64,000 nt of DNA from contig OZ024741.1 of assembly GCA_964016885.1 (NCBI GenBank), forward strand, positions 200,384,001-200,448,000. Reading direction: 5' to 3'. The position numbers and the translations under genes are program-made. Origin of the DNA: Eledone cirrhosa. Taxonomy: Eukaryota. A model generated the notes under the pieces. That model was not told the DNA's origin, ran no database searches, and saw nothing but the letters and a program-made list of their open reading frames with translations. Each line of letters starts with the position of its first letter. Position 1 is the first letter of the stretch. Below, in pieces: positions 27,769 to 38,797 of the stretch.

Positions 27769-28671
27769 TACAATTATGCAAGGCGACGATAATAAATACA
27801 TATATACAGTATATAGGAGAATAATCGAGAATCGGAATATCAGCCCACGAAATCACGATAAACAATATCCGACATGTGTGGCAGAGGGCTCAATAATTTG
27901 GATAAATCAGAGCTATAACCATCGTTAAATTACCAACACATAGAGATTATTCCTAAAATCACCCGTGCAGCCGAAAAAGAACGACCAGGAAGATTCGGGT
28001 CACTCAAATAAAATATCAATAAATTAATAAATTAAATGAATATATACAGTATATATAGACAGAGATTGAAGGCGTGGTTTTATATGTGAAGAAGGTTTAC
28101 TACATAGCAATCTAATGGTGTATAGAGAAAAGGAAAAAAGAAGAAATAGAATCTACTCATAGAGTAGGAGAGATAGGCACATAAGTAGTTCAAGCGACAG
28201 TCGCAATTAACTTATTTTCGTTGGCTAGCGTAGTTGTCGTTAGCTGTGTTGCCATCTAAGATCATTTGTTCTTTGAATGAACAACAATTTATAGCTATTG
28301 ATCCTGCCGGGATTTTCTAAGTAGATCAAAAAGTATTTTATATTGCTCGTAGAGGGAACCAGACAGAAAAAAATGTTGATGATAGTATTAATGTTTATGT
28401 TCGAAGGGGACGATTTCGAGTTCAAGTTGTATGCTAGTCGGGATTATGTGAGAAGGTTCTGCTTTGCTTGTGTCTGCAATTAAAAATGCATTCCAGTCTG
28501 TTATTAATTAAATCTTTCCCTGTGATTATATAATACATTTCGATTATACAAATCTTACAAGTTTTCGTGTTTTGTTGGTATTGATCGGCGAAGGCAAGGA
28601 TAGATCACGAGATATGGTATTTTGTAGCCTTCTTATCTAGTTCCGAATATTATTAGATATAACCTATATTT

Positions 28672-28703
<32 letters not shown>

Positions 28704-28717
28704 GTGGGTGTGTGTGT

Positions 28718-29067
28718 GTGTAAATATGGGTTATATCGAATAATAATAATTATAATATTCAAGTTGTTTGCAATCAAATGGCCTCACTATACCATGCTTT
28801 GCTTTTGATGACTAACATCATCCGTTTGTTCAACGGTGGCATCGAGGAACAGTCAACATGTTTCTTGGTCATTTCCCTTCGTCAGGACTATACATCTCAG
28901 CTACTCGATTGAACTGTTGAAAATATATAGTATTTTCTAATGTATACATCGGCTGATTAACCTCATTTGCATACCGATAAATTTTAGGGCTGGCTTTGCC
29001 GAAAGTTAAAAAACAAAATTGGAATTTGATTTTTCACTCTAAATAAATGTAAGTATGGGTTATATCG
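28718..29067 (-). mobile_element. Penelope-like pseudo-LTR (left flank/host of the array) with a minimal hammerhead at ~28850-28892
   Basis: Minus strand AGTC-CTGACGA-AGGGAAATGACCAA-GAAA-CATG-TT-GACT; inverted homology with 59232-59495. Confidence 0.65.
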
Positions 29068-29078
29068 AATAATAATAA

Positions 29079-29120
<42 letters not shown>
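29068..29120. repeat. (AAT)n target/tail microsatellite (other spacers: 35029-35079, 41108-41143, 47173-47193, 52984-53031, 56085-56108, 59169-59195)
   Basis: AAT runs at every junction of the array. Confidence 0.97.
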
Positions 29121-29121
<1 letters not shown>

Positions 29122-29363
29122 TTTTCTTTATTAACCACAAGGGTTCACATAAAGTAGACATTAAGGACAGTACAGGACAATGCAGGACGGTACAAATGGG
29201 CATTTCTGCGTGTAAAAAAACAGAGGTTGAAATAAAATAACAAAGAAAAATTCCCCAATAGGGGGGAGACTTCCAAGGGACATTTGTGGAGAAAGCCCAT
29301 TAAAAGACCACAGTGGCCCTGACCACCAGGGCAAGTGCCCTCTCCCAGTTTTCCACCTTTAAT

Positions 29364-32300
29364 TTACAGACACATACTCAGAGAAAGCCCATTCATTCGG
29401 GCCATACTTGCTTCTCTCACCCATCTTTCAACAAAATGCTGGGAAGAGAGCACTTCCCTCTCTACCCTGATTTTCCTTTTCAAATGAAATTTGAAAAAGT
29501 TAATCAGGGCATCACCGAAGAGGTAAGTGCTCGTCTTCAGCCCTTTCAAACGTGTCCACCATACTATCTCTTTCGCCATGGCCACCAGACAGATAAAAAC
29601 TGCCTGCCCTTCCAGGCTTAAGGAAGGGGGTGGGGCAATCCTCACGATGGACTCAGCTGATAGCTGGATCCGTCCTACAGTGACAGCAGGTGTTCGACAT
29701 AAACCCACAAGTCAGCAATGCTCGGACACTGGACGAGTGCGTGCAGGACGGTTTCGTCGCCCTGCGCGCATCTCGGACATGCCCGGCTGACGGCACCTCC
29801 ATGCCTGTAGAGTTTATCCCGAACTGGCAAAGCTCCTCGGTAGCACTGCCAGGCCAGGGATTTCTGGAAGTTGTCCATAGGCCCCGGCCCGAAAGTCCTT
29901 CCGAAGAGATTGGCTAGTTGATTTTCGTCGACGCCTAGAGTTTCTCCAAGTACGTCGTCGCTCTTCCCCTCCACTAATCCCCTATAGAACGCCAAGGTGG
30001 AGTTTCCACCGATCACATTGCCCGATTGGTCGAGGGCTGTGAGCGCCTGAAGACATTCCAGTCTCCAAGCGCTCCCTCTCGGTCTTCGCTTGACCCAGGA
30101 CTGCAGCTCCGTCAAGGAGACGAGCTGGGGAAAAACGTGTCTTGCAAACGGCGACCACACCTGATCACCGTCGAGGAAGAGGTGGAGATGTCGTAGCCTG
30201 AGCGCGTGTCTGCGCATCATCAGCCACGGCATGCCCAGCCCTCCACGTAGCGGGTGTTGACAGCAGATGGACCGCCTGACCATCGGAGCGCGTCCCTTCC
30301 ACAAGAAGCGAAAGAGCAAACGCTCCAGCGCAGTCAGGCGGGGCTTAGGACAAGGTACAACGGTCAGGCGGTAGTAGATGACGGATGCGATGTACGCATT
30401 CGCCACCTCCGCTCGACCTTTTAGGGATAGCTTCCTCTCGGCCCATTTCTGGGTGAGAGAAGCCACCCTGCTCGTCACCTCGTCCCAGTTTTTGTCCGTC
30501 TGGAGGTCTGGACCGAACCAGACCCCTAGCAATTTAACCGGTCCGTCCGTCCAGCGCCCGACGACGCTGTTGGACGGCATGGACCTGCCTCTCCAGGTGC
30601 CGAGCTGCAGGCCCACTGACTTTTCCTGGTTGATCATTGCTCCTGTCACCGCTTCGTATTCTCTTAGTATAGTGCCGATCGCCTCGATGTGTTTGGCGTT
30701 CGACACCACTACGGTGACATCGTCGGCATATGCTGACACGGATCTTCCGCATCCTAGTTCGCGCGGGACCTCCCTCAACGTCTCCAGTTTGTGCAGTAAT
30801 GGCTCGAGAGTCAATACGTACAATAGGGACGAGAGGGGACATCCTTGGCGGACCGAGCGCATGATGTTGAACGGTTCCGAAAGGTGACCGTTCACTCTCA
30901 CTACAGAGCAGATGTCGCTGTGCATGGCAGCGATCCAGCCTCTGAAGACGGGCCCAAAGCCAGCCGCCCTCAGGACTGCCGCTAGGTAACGATGGTCGAC
31001 CCTATCGAAGGCTTTCGACTGATCTAAATTGATCAAAGACCCACCCGTGCCAGGTTCCCTAGCTACCCTCTCTACGATGTATCGCATGAGGTGGAGGTTG
31101 TCGTGGATGGATCTGTCGGGAATGGCGCATGTCTGTGCCTCTTCCACCAGACCACCAACGACAAGCGCCAACCTCTTTGCTAGCACCTTGGCCAAAATCT
31201 TGAACTCTGTGTTTAGCAGAGTTATGGGCCTAAAATTATCTATGTTATCCCCCTTGTTCGGATCCTTTCTCAGCAGCGCCACCGCTCCTCGGCTCACAGA
31301 GCTGGAAATTCTCCCGTTCTGTTGCCAGTTGCAGTAGACGTCCGCCAAGAGGCCTCCGAACAAGTTTGGCATTTGTACGTAAAGTTCATAGGGCAGACCA
31401 TCCAAACCAGGCGATTTGCCCCTTGTGCAACTAGTCATTGCATCCCGTACTTCAGCGGTTGTTATCGGCTTTTCGCAACACTCCGCCTCAGTGGCCGAAA
31501 GCCGCGGCAGTCCGTCGAGGTAGACACTAAAGTCCATCCCTCGATCCGGCCCGCCACTGCCCCCGAACAGTTGAGCGAAGTGTCGCTGAAAAGCTTCACA
31601 CATTTGCCCGGGATCGAGTAGCATGCGCCCGTCGTGGTCCACCAAAGACCGGATCGTGGCTTTGTTGCCACGACGCGCCTCCGCCACTCGGGCCCATTCA
31701 ACGGCTTTCGTCCCTTCGTGTCTGAGAGCACGCACCCTAGCTCTGACAACGCAGCCTTCGTGCTTTGCATTGAAGAATTGGTCAAGGGCCAATTTCGCCG
31801 CAAGTACGTCGGTCGCGATGCCTTTGCTAAGCGCCTCATCTAATTTTCTAACTAATTCTCCCTCTGCTCTATTTTTCTCTATTGCTAAAGTCTTACTAAA
31901 CCTAATGGACTCTATTCTAATTGCTCTTTTCAGAGCAAACCACCACTTGTTGTTGACGATGGCCCCCGTCAACGCCCGCTTAACTAGTTCGCTAATCCGG
32001 TCTCTGTAGGCCTTGCGCGCTGGTAAGGACGCGTTTAGCTTCCAGTAGCCGGGTCCTCGTCTATGAAGCCTATCTAAGTCAAGCACACAGATCACGAATT
32101 TGTGGTCCGTGTAGCTGACTATCTTGAATTGTGGACAGCCTATGCTAGACCTATCTATTTCCCTACAAAATACTCTATCTAGATATGATCTGGATGACCC
32201 TATGCGATTTGTCCAAGTCCACATTGGTACATTCGGGAAATCCATTCGGTACCTGTCAGACAGTTCAAAACGTCTGAGCAGGTTGGTGAGACTCTTGCAC

Positions 32301-32782
32301 CCTCCTTCCCTATCCACTAATCCCACACAATCCCAGCGTGCATCTAAGATCCCGTTCCAGTCGCCCACTAACACTAAAGAGCGGGACGTTCCAAGAAAGG
32401 TCTCCAGACGCCGGAAGAAATCAGGCCGCCCTGCTCCTGTCGGGGCATAGACGGCCACTAACCTGAAAGCTTGCCCGTCTCCGCTGGTCACGTCCAGCAC
32501 CACCAACTTACCTTCTGGGTCCAGGAAGATGGCCCGTATGGCAAGATCTAAACCTCTCCGAAAAAGCACAGCAACTCCTCCCCCCGATCCCGGACGGCTG
32601 GGAGATGCGTACACATCGTAGCCGCCGAAGATCGGTGCGAAAGCCTGTGCTTCGGAGATTCTGGTCTCGCTGATGGCCACTACATCTATGTTTAGTGACC
32701 TGAGGTCGTTGAGCAGGTGGCCCTGCTTCCATGACGACCCCAAGCCACGCGCATTTATGCTGCCTATTCTGAGTGAGGTCAT
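29364..32782 (-). pseudogene. Copy 1 ORF2 (APE endonuclease, RT, CCHC), with a 1-nt deletion near 29680 truncating it at 1035 aa
   Basis: SINARG, ISET, GDWN, SYLDRVF, YTDHK (APE); QGCPLS, YADD (RT); CPRC..H..C. The C-terminus continues in ORF 29364..29708 and matches copies 2/3. Confidence 0.9.
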
Positions 32783-32816
32783 GTTGAAAAGGAGTGGAAA
32801 AGATGGGAAAGACCAC

Positions 32817-34819
32817 TTACCTTACTTCTCGTAGGGGAAGGACGGCTTTTCCATCCTTTTCACTGCTTGTGGCCTCCTCAGGAAGGATGTCCTTATAAAT
32901 CCTCCTGGAGAGTGCTTGTCGGAAGTCTCCGATGTCTTTGGGGAATTTTTGTTTTAGTGTCATGTATGTTTTCTGTGTGATGCGAGTGATTTGTATGTGT
33001 GGAGGTGGTGTGAATTTTGGGGTTGTTGTGTAGTCTTTTTCTGTGATGCTGGTGTTGTGTTGGATGTAGTGTAATAATTGCTTGTTGTTCAAATTTAATG
33101 CTGTGTAGTGTGTATCGTTTTGGTTGTTTTGTTTTGTTTGCGTTTGTTGTGGGTTTGTTTCTGTTTCGCTTTTTGGTGACTTTTGTGGTGTAGGTGATGG
33201 TGGTGCTGGGGATGATGATGGTGATGGTGTTGGTGTTTGGGTTGATGGGGTTGGTGATGCTGGTGTGGATGGTGGCATATCTGTCCTAACTTTTTTGTTT
33301 CTTAGTTTATTTGTTTCCCTCTGTATTTTGTTTTTGGAGGGGGAAGGAAGAGAATTTTTTCTTTTTTGGTTTCTTTTTTTTTTTCCGGATATCGTTTCCC
33401 ACTCCTCGTCGTCACAATCTGTCTCCAGTTGTGATAGGCCGGGGAGTGGAAAATCCTCCACAGCCGTTAGTTTTGGTTGTGGTGTGGTGGATGGTGTAGG
33501 CGCTGGTGCTAGTTCTGAAGCGTTGGGTGGTGGTGGTGTTGGTTTTGCTGGTGGTGGTAGTGGTGTTGGTTTTGCTACTGTTGCTGGGGTTGTTACTGTT
33601 ATAGTTGCTTCTGTTGTTGCTGCTACAGTTGTTGCTGCCATCTCTGCTACTGGTGGTGTTGATGGTTTTGTCACTGGGGTGGGTAGGAGAGGTGGCCTCA
33701 ACCTTTTAGCCTGAGGGCAGAAAGCCCTTAGGTGGGTTCCTTCACCACAAACGACACACCTAGGTCTTCTGCCCTCGACAATTACCGTGAGGTGGCTGCC
33801 GTCAGTGAGGTCTATTACCTCTGGGATCTCCTCAATGCTTTTTTGGTCCGCTTGGATCAGGAGCTCCATCCCAGATCCGGACCAGTTTTCCTGCTTTTCT
33901 TTTGCTACTGCTATTATTTTCGTGTTGGCTTCGATGCCGGTGAGGACAGCCGCTATTAGCCAGGGAATTTCGATGGCCGGTGGAACGTGGGTCACCCTGA
34001 TGTTTACGAGTCTCTGGCCACAATAGCTTGGGACGAGTGTGAGGTCGTCACTTTTTAATGGGGCCATGGAGTGTTCTCTAGCCTCCTCTGGTGTTTCAAA
34101 GAACACATCCACGGTTCCATACTTTTGCCCACGTCTGATGTGGGTTTTTCTTGCCCACACATGTCCCAAAGCTTTTTGGATTTGGGACTCGGATGCCCGT
34201 TCCACTCGGCGCGATTTTACATTTATTGTTCTATACGACACGGTGCACAGGCGCCGATGCTCCATTTTATTAGGTGGGGGGGGGGGGGGGTGAGGCTGAC
34301 CCTGTACCCATCTTTCTTTACCATTTGTTTGGCATTTTCTAAATCTTCTTGGGTTACCGTGAACGCTTCGAATTGTTTTGCTACGATGGCGAAACTGAGG
34401 GTCGGTTTTATAATGTCATTGTTGTTGTTGTTGCTATCGTTAATATTAATTTTATTTTCAGTTGTGGTGGTTGTGACGTCAGTCGTCTTTGGTGGGGAAG
34501 AGTCCATTTTGCTTGATTTCATTTCGACGTCACGAGTTAATTTATTTTTTTCTTCTTTTGTTTCTGTTGTCGCGGTGGTGGTGGTGGTGGTGGTGGTGGT
34601 GGTTGTCGCGGTGGTGGTGGTGGTGGAGGGTTTAACACCTGCAGTCATTGGTAATGGCGGGAAATGAATGTCTGCCTGAGACAAATTAAAAATATTGCTA
34701 CTGCTTATATTTTTTTTTGTGTTGGCAAACGTAGTAACATTTACAATGGTGGTGTCGGTGTGAGGTGTTATTTTGTGAGGAAGGCTTTCAGCTGCTTCGT
34801 GCAGAGGGGAATTAGCCAT
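32817..34819 (-). CDS. Copy 1 ORF1 type A (Gag-like RNA-binding protein), split into overlapping frames 34223..34819 and 32817..34265
   Basis: CVVCGEGTHLRAFC zinc knuckle (CX2CX4HX4C), RRM-like region, Pro/Thr-rich linker; frame break at the G15 run 34276-34290. Confidence 0.85.
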
Positions 34820-35028
34820 TTTTTTTCAAAGAAATTTTTGGATAATAATAAAAGTTAAAATTTTGGGCACAAGGCCCCAATCTTTTTGGGTGTCCTTTTC
34901 GGAAAACAATGTATGTGTGCTTATAAACAGTTTACAATAAAATTTTCCATAAATGGCAATTTTTAAACAAACGGAAATAACAAACCTTTGCGGAGCTCAC
35001 GATAATACGATTTCCTACGTAGGTCGCC

Positions 35029-35081
<53 letters not shown>

Positions 35082-35342
35082 TTTCTTTATTAACCACAAG
35101 GGTTTACATAAAGTAGACATTAAGGACAGTGCAGGACAATGCAGGACGGTACAAATGGGCATTTCTGCGTGTAAAAAAAACAAAAACAGAGGATGTAACA
35201 AAAATAACAATGAAAATAACAATGAAAAATTCCCCAATAGGGGGGAGACTTCGGAGGGACATTTGTGGAGAAAGCCCAGTAAAAAGCCACAATGACCCTG
35301 ACCACCAAGGCAAGTGCCCTCTCCCAGTTTTCCACCTTTAGT

Positions 35343-38300
35343 TTACAGATATATACTCAGAGTCGGCCCATTCACTCGGGCCATTCTTGCTTCTCTCACC
35401 CATCTTTCAACAAAATGCTGGGAAGAGAGCACTTCCTTCTCTACTCTGATTTTCCTTTTCAAATGAAATTTGAAAAAGTCAATCAGAGCATCACCGAAGA
35501 GGTAAGTGCTCGTCTTCAGCCCTTTCAAACGTGTCCACCATACTATCTCTTTCGCCATGGCCACCAGACAGATAAAAACTGCCTGCCCTTCCCGGCTAAA
35601 TGAGGAGGGCGGGGCAATCCTCACGATAGACTCAGATGATAGCTGGATCCGTCCTAAACGCGACAGCAGGTGTTCGACATAAACCCACAAGTCAGCAATT
35701 TTCGGACACTGGACGAGTGCGTGCAGGACGGTTTCGTCGCCCTGCGCGCATCTCGGACATGCCCGGCTGACGGCACCTCCATGCCTGTAGAGTTTATCCC
35801 GAACTGGCAAGGCTCCTCGGTAGCACTGCCAGGCCAGAGATTTCTGGAAGTTGTCCATAGGCCCTGGCCCGAAAGTTCTTCCGAAGAGATTGGCTAGTTG
35901 ATTTTCGTCGACGCCTAGAGTTTCCCCAAGTACGTCGTCGCTCTTCCCCTCCACTAATCCTCTATAGAACGCCGAGGTGGAGTTTCCACCGATCACATTG
36001 CCCGATTGGTCGAGGGCTGTGAGTGCCTGAAGACATTCCAGTCTCCAGGCGCTCCCTCTCGGTCTTCGCTTGACCCAGGACTGCAGCTCCGTCAAGGAAA
36101 CGAGCTGGGGAAAAACGCGTCTAGCAAACGGCGACCACACCTGATCACCGTCGAGGAAGAGGTGGAGATGTCGTAGCCTGAGCGCGTGCCTGCGCATCAT
36201 CAGCCACGGCATGCCCAGCCCTCCACGTAGCGGGTGTTGACAACAGATGGACCGCCTGACCATCGGAGCACGTCCCTTCCACAAAAAGCGAAAGAGCAAA
36301 CGCTCCAGCGCAGTCAGGCGAGGCTTAGGACAAGGTACGACGGTTAGGCGGTAGCAGATGACAGACGCGATGTACGCGTTAGCCACCTCCGCTCGACCTT
36401 TCAGGGATAGCTTCCTCTCCGCCCATTTCTGGGTGAGAGAAGCCACCCTGCTCGTCACCTCGTCCCAGTTTTTGTCCGTCTGGAGGTCCGGACCGAACCA
36501 GACCCCTAGCAATTTAACCGGTCCGTCCGTCCAGCGCCCGACGACGCTGTTGGACGGCATGGACCTGCCTCTCCAGGTGCCGAGCTGCAGGCCCACTGAC
36601 TTTTCCTGGTTGATCATTGCTCCTGTCACCGCTTCGTATTCTCTTAGTGTAGTGCCGATCGCCTCGATGTGTTTGGCGTTCGACACCACTACGGTGACAT
36701 CGTCCGCATATGCTGACACGGATCTTCCGCATCCTAGTTCGCGCGGGACTCCCCTCAACGTCTCCAGTTTGTGCAGTAATGGCTCGAGAGTCAATACGTA
36801 CAAGAGGGACGAGAGGGGACATCCTTGGCGGACCGAGCGCATGATGTTGAACGGTTCCGACAGGTGACCGTTCACTCTCACCACAGAGCAGATGTCGCTG
36901 TGCATGGCAGCGATCCAGCCTCTGAAGACGGGCCCAAAGCCAGCCGCCCTCAGGACTGCCGCTAGGTAACGATGGTCGACCCTATCGAAAGCTTTCGACT
37001 GATCTAAATTGATCAAGGACCCACCCGTGCCAGGTTCCCTAGCTACCCTCTCTACGATGTATCGCATGAGGTGGAGGTTGTCGTGGATGGATCTGTCGGG
37101 AATGGCGCATGTCTGCGCCTCTCCCACCAGACCACCAACGACAAGCGCCAACCTCTTTGCTAGCACCTTGGCCAAAATCTTAAACTCTGTGTTTAGCAGA
37201 GTTATGGGCCGGAAATTGTCTATGTTATCCCCCTTGTTCGGATCCTTTCTCAGCAGTGCCACCGCTCCTCGGCTCACAGAACTGGGAATTCTCCCGTTCT
37301 GTTGCCAGTTGCAGTAGATGTCCGCCAAGAGGCCTCCGAACAAGTCTGGCATCTGTACGTAAAGTTCATAGGGCAGACCATCCAAACCAGGCGATTTACC
37401 CCTTGTGCAGCCAGTCATTGCCTCCCGTACTTCAGCGGCTGTTATCGGCTTTTCGCAACACTTCGCCTCAGTGGCCGAGAGCCGCGGCAGTCCGTCGAGG
37501 TAGACACTAAAGTCCATCCCTCTACCCGGCCCCCCGCTGCCCCCGAACAGCTGAGCGAAGTGTCGCTGAAAAGCTTCACACATTTGCCCGGGATCGAGTA
37601 GCATGCGCCCGTCGTGGTCCACCAAAGACCGGATCGTGGCTTTGTTGCCACGACGCGCCTCCGCCACTCGGGCCCATTGAACGGCTTTCGTCCCCTCGTG
37701 TCTGAGAGCACGCACCCTAGCTCTGACAACGCAGCCTTCGTGCTTTGCATTGAAGAATTGGTCAAGGGCCAATTTCGCCGCAAGCACGTCGGTCGCAATG
37801 CCTTTGCTAAGCGCCTCGTCTAATTTTCTAACTAGTTCTCCCTCTGCTCTATTTTTCTCTATTGCTAAAGCCTTACTAAACCTAATCGATTCTATTCTAA
37901 TCGCTCTTTTCAGAGCAAACCACCACTTGTTGTTGACGATGGCCCCCGTCAACGCCCGCTTAACTAGTTCGCTAATCCGGTCTCTGTAGGCCTTGCGCGC
38001 TGGTAAGGACGCGTTTAGCTTCCAGTAGCCGGGTCCTCGTCTATGAAGCCTATCTAAGTCAAGCACACAGATCACGAATTTGTGGTCCGTGTAGCTGACT
38101 ATCTTGAATTGTGGACAGCCTATGCTAGACCTATCTATTTCCCTACAAAATACTCTATCTAGATATGATCTGGATGACCCTATGCGGTTTGTCCAAGTCC
38201 ACATTGGCACATTCGCGAAATCCAATCGGTACCTGTCAGACAGTTCAAAACGCCTGAGCAGGTTGGTGAGGCTCTTGCACCCTCCACCCCTATCCGCTAA

Positions 38301-38762
38301 TCCCACACAGTCCCAGCGTGCATCTAAGATCCCGTTCCAGTCGCCCACTAACACTAAAGAGCGGGACGTTCCAAGAAAGGTCTCCAGACGCCGGAAGAAA
38401 TCAGGCCGCCCTGCTCCTGTCGGGGCATAGACGGCCACTAGCCTGAAAGCTTGCCCGTCTCCGCTGGTCACGTCCAGCACCACCAGCTTACCCTCTGGGT
38501 CCAGGAAGATGGCCCGTATGGCGAGATCCAAACCTCTCCGAAAAAGCACAGCAACTCCTCCACCGGATCCAGGACGGCTGGGAGATGCGTACACATCGAA
38601 GCCGCCGAAGATCGGTGCGAAGGCCCGTGCTTCGGAGATTCTGGTCTCGCTGATGGCCACTACATCTATGTTTAGTGACCTGAGGTCGTTGAGCAGGTGA
38701 CCCTGCTTCCATGACGACCCCAAGCCACGCGCATTTATGCTGCCTATTCTGAGTGAGGTCAT
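35343..38762 (-). CDS. Copy 2 ORF2: APE endonuclease/reverse transcriptase/CCHC, 1139 aa
   Basis: Intact APE, RT (YADD) and C-terminal CPRCAQGDETVLHALVQC motifs. Confidence 0.95.
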   Translation of the reverse strand: MTSLRIGSINARGLGSSWKQGHLLNDLRSLNIDVVAISETRISEARAFAPIFGGFDVYASPSRPGSGGGVAVLFRRGLDLAIRAIFLDPEGKLVVLDVTSGDGQAFRLVAVYAPTGAGRPDFFRRLETFLGTSRSLVLVGDWNGILDARWDCVGLADRGGGCKSLTNLLRRFELSDRYRLDFANVPMWTWTNRIGSSRSYLDRVFCREIDRSSIGCPQFKIVSYTDHKFVICVLDLDRLHRRGPGYWKLNASLPARKAYRDRISELVKRALTGAIVNNKWWFALKRAIRIESIRFSKALAIEKNRAEGELVRKLDEALSKGIATDVLAAKLALDQFFNAKHEGCVVRARVRALRHEGTKAVQWARVAEARRGNKATIRSLVDHDGRMLLDPGQMCEAFQRHFAQLFGGSGGPGRGMDFSVYLDGLPRLSATEAKCCEKPITAAEVREAMTGCTRGKSPGLDGLPYELYVQMPDLFGGLLADIYCNWQQNGRIPSSVSRGAVALLRKDPNKGDNIDNFRPITLLNTEFKILAKVLAKRLALVVGGLVGEAQTCAIPDRSIHDNLHLMRYIVERVAREPGTGGSLINLDQSKAFDRVDHRYLAAVLRAAGFGPVFRGWIAAMHSDICSVVRVNGHLSEPFNIMRSVRQGCPLSSLLYVLTLEPLLHKLETLRGVPRELGCGRSVSAYADDVTVVVSNAKHIEAIGTTLREYEAVTGAMINQEKSVGLQLGTWRGRSMPSNSVVGRWTDGPVKLLGVWFGPDLQTDKNWDEVTSRVASLTQKWAERKLSLKGRAEVANAYIASVICYRLTVVPCPKPRLTALERLLFRFLWKGRAPMVRRSICCQHPLRGGLGMPWLMMRRHALRLRHLHLFLDGDQVWSPFARRVFPQLVSLTELQSWVKRRPRGSAWRLECLQALTALDQSGNVIGGNSTSAFYRGLVEGKSDDVLGETLGVDENQLANLFGRTFGPGPMDNFQKSLAWQCYRGALPVRDKLYRHGGAVSRACPRCAQGDETVLHALVQCPKIADLWVYVEHLLSRLGRIQLSSESIVRIAPPSSFSREGQAVFICLVAMAKEIVWWTRLKGLKTSTYLFGDALIDFFKFHLKRKIRVEKEVLSSQHFVERWVREARMARVNGPTLSIYL

Positions 38763-38797
38763 GTTTAAAATAGAGTGGAAAAGATGGGAAAGACCAC

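Larger units (their letters stand above)
29121..35028 (-). mobile_element. Tx1/L1-clade non-LTR retrotransposon, copy 1 (type A 5'UTR/ORF1), full length with frameshifts
   Basis: ORF1 with CCHC knuckle plus APE-RT ORF2; AATAAA just before the (ATT)n tail on the minus strand; bounded by (AAT)n at 29068-29120 and 35029-35079. Confidence 0.93.

Noticed and set aside
34990-35028. Possible HDV-like ribozyme at Tx1 5' ends
   Set aside because: Only a short palindrome (CCTACGTAGG) is visible; I could not assemble the nested double pseudoknot
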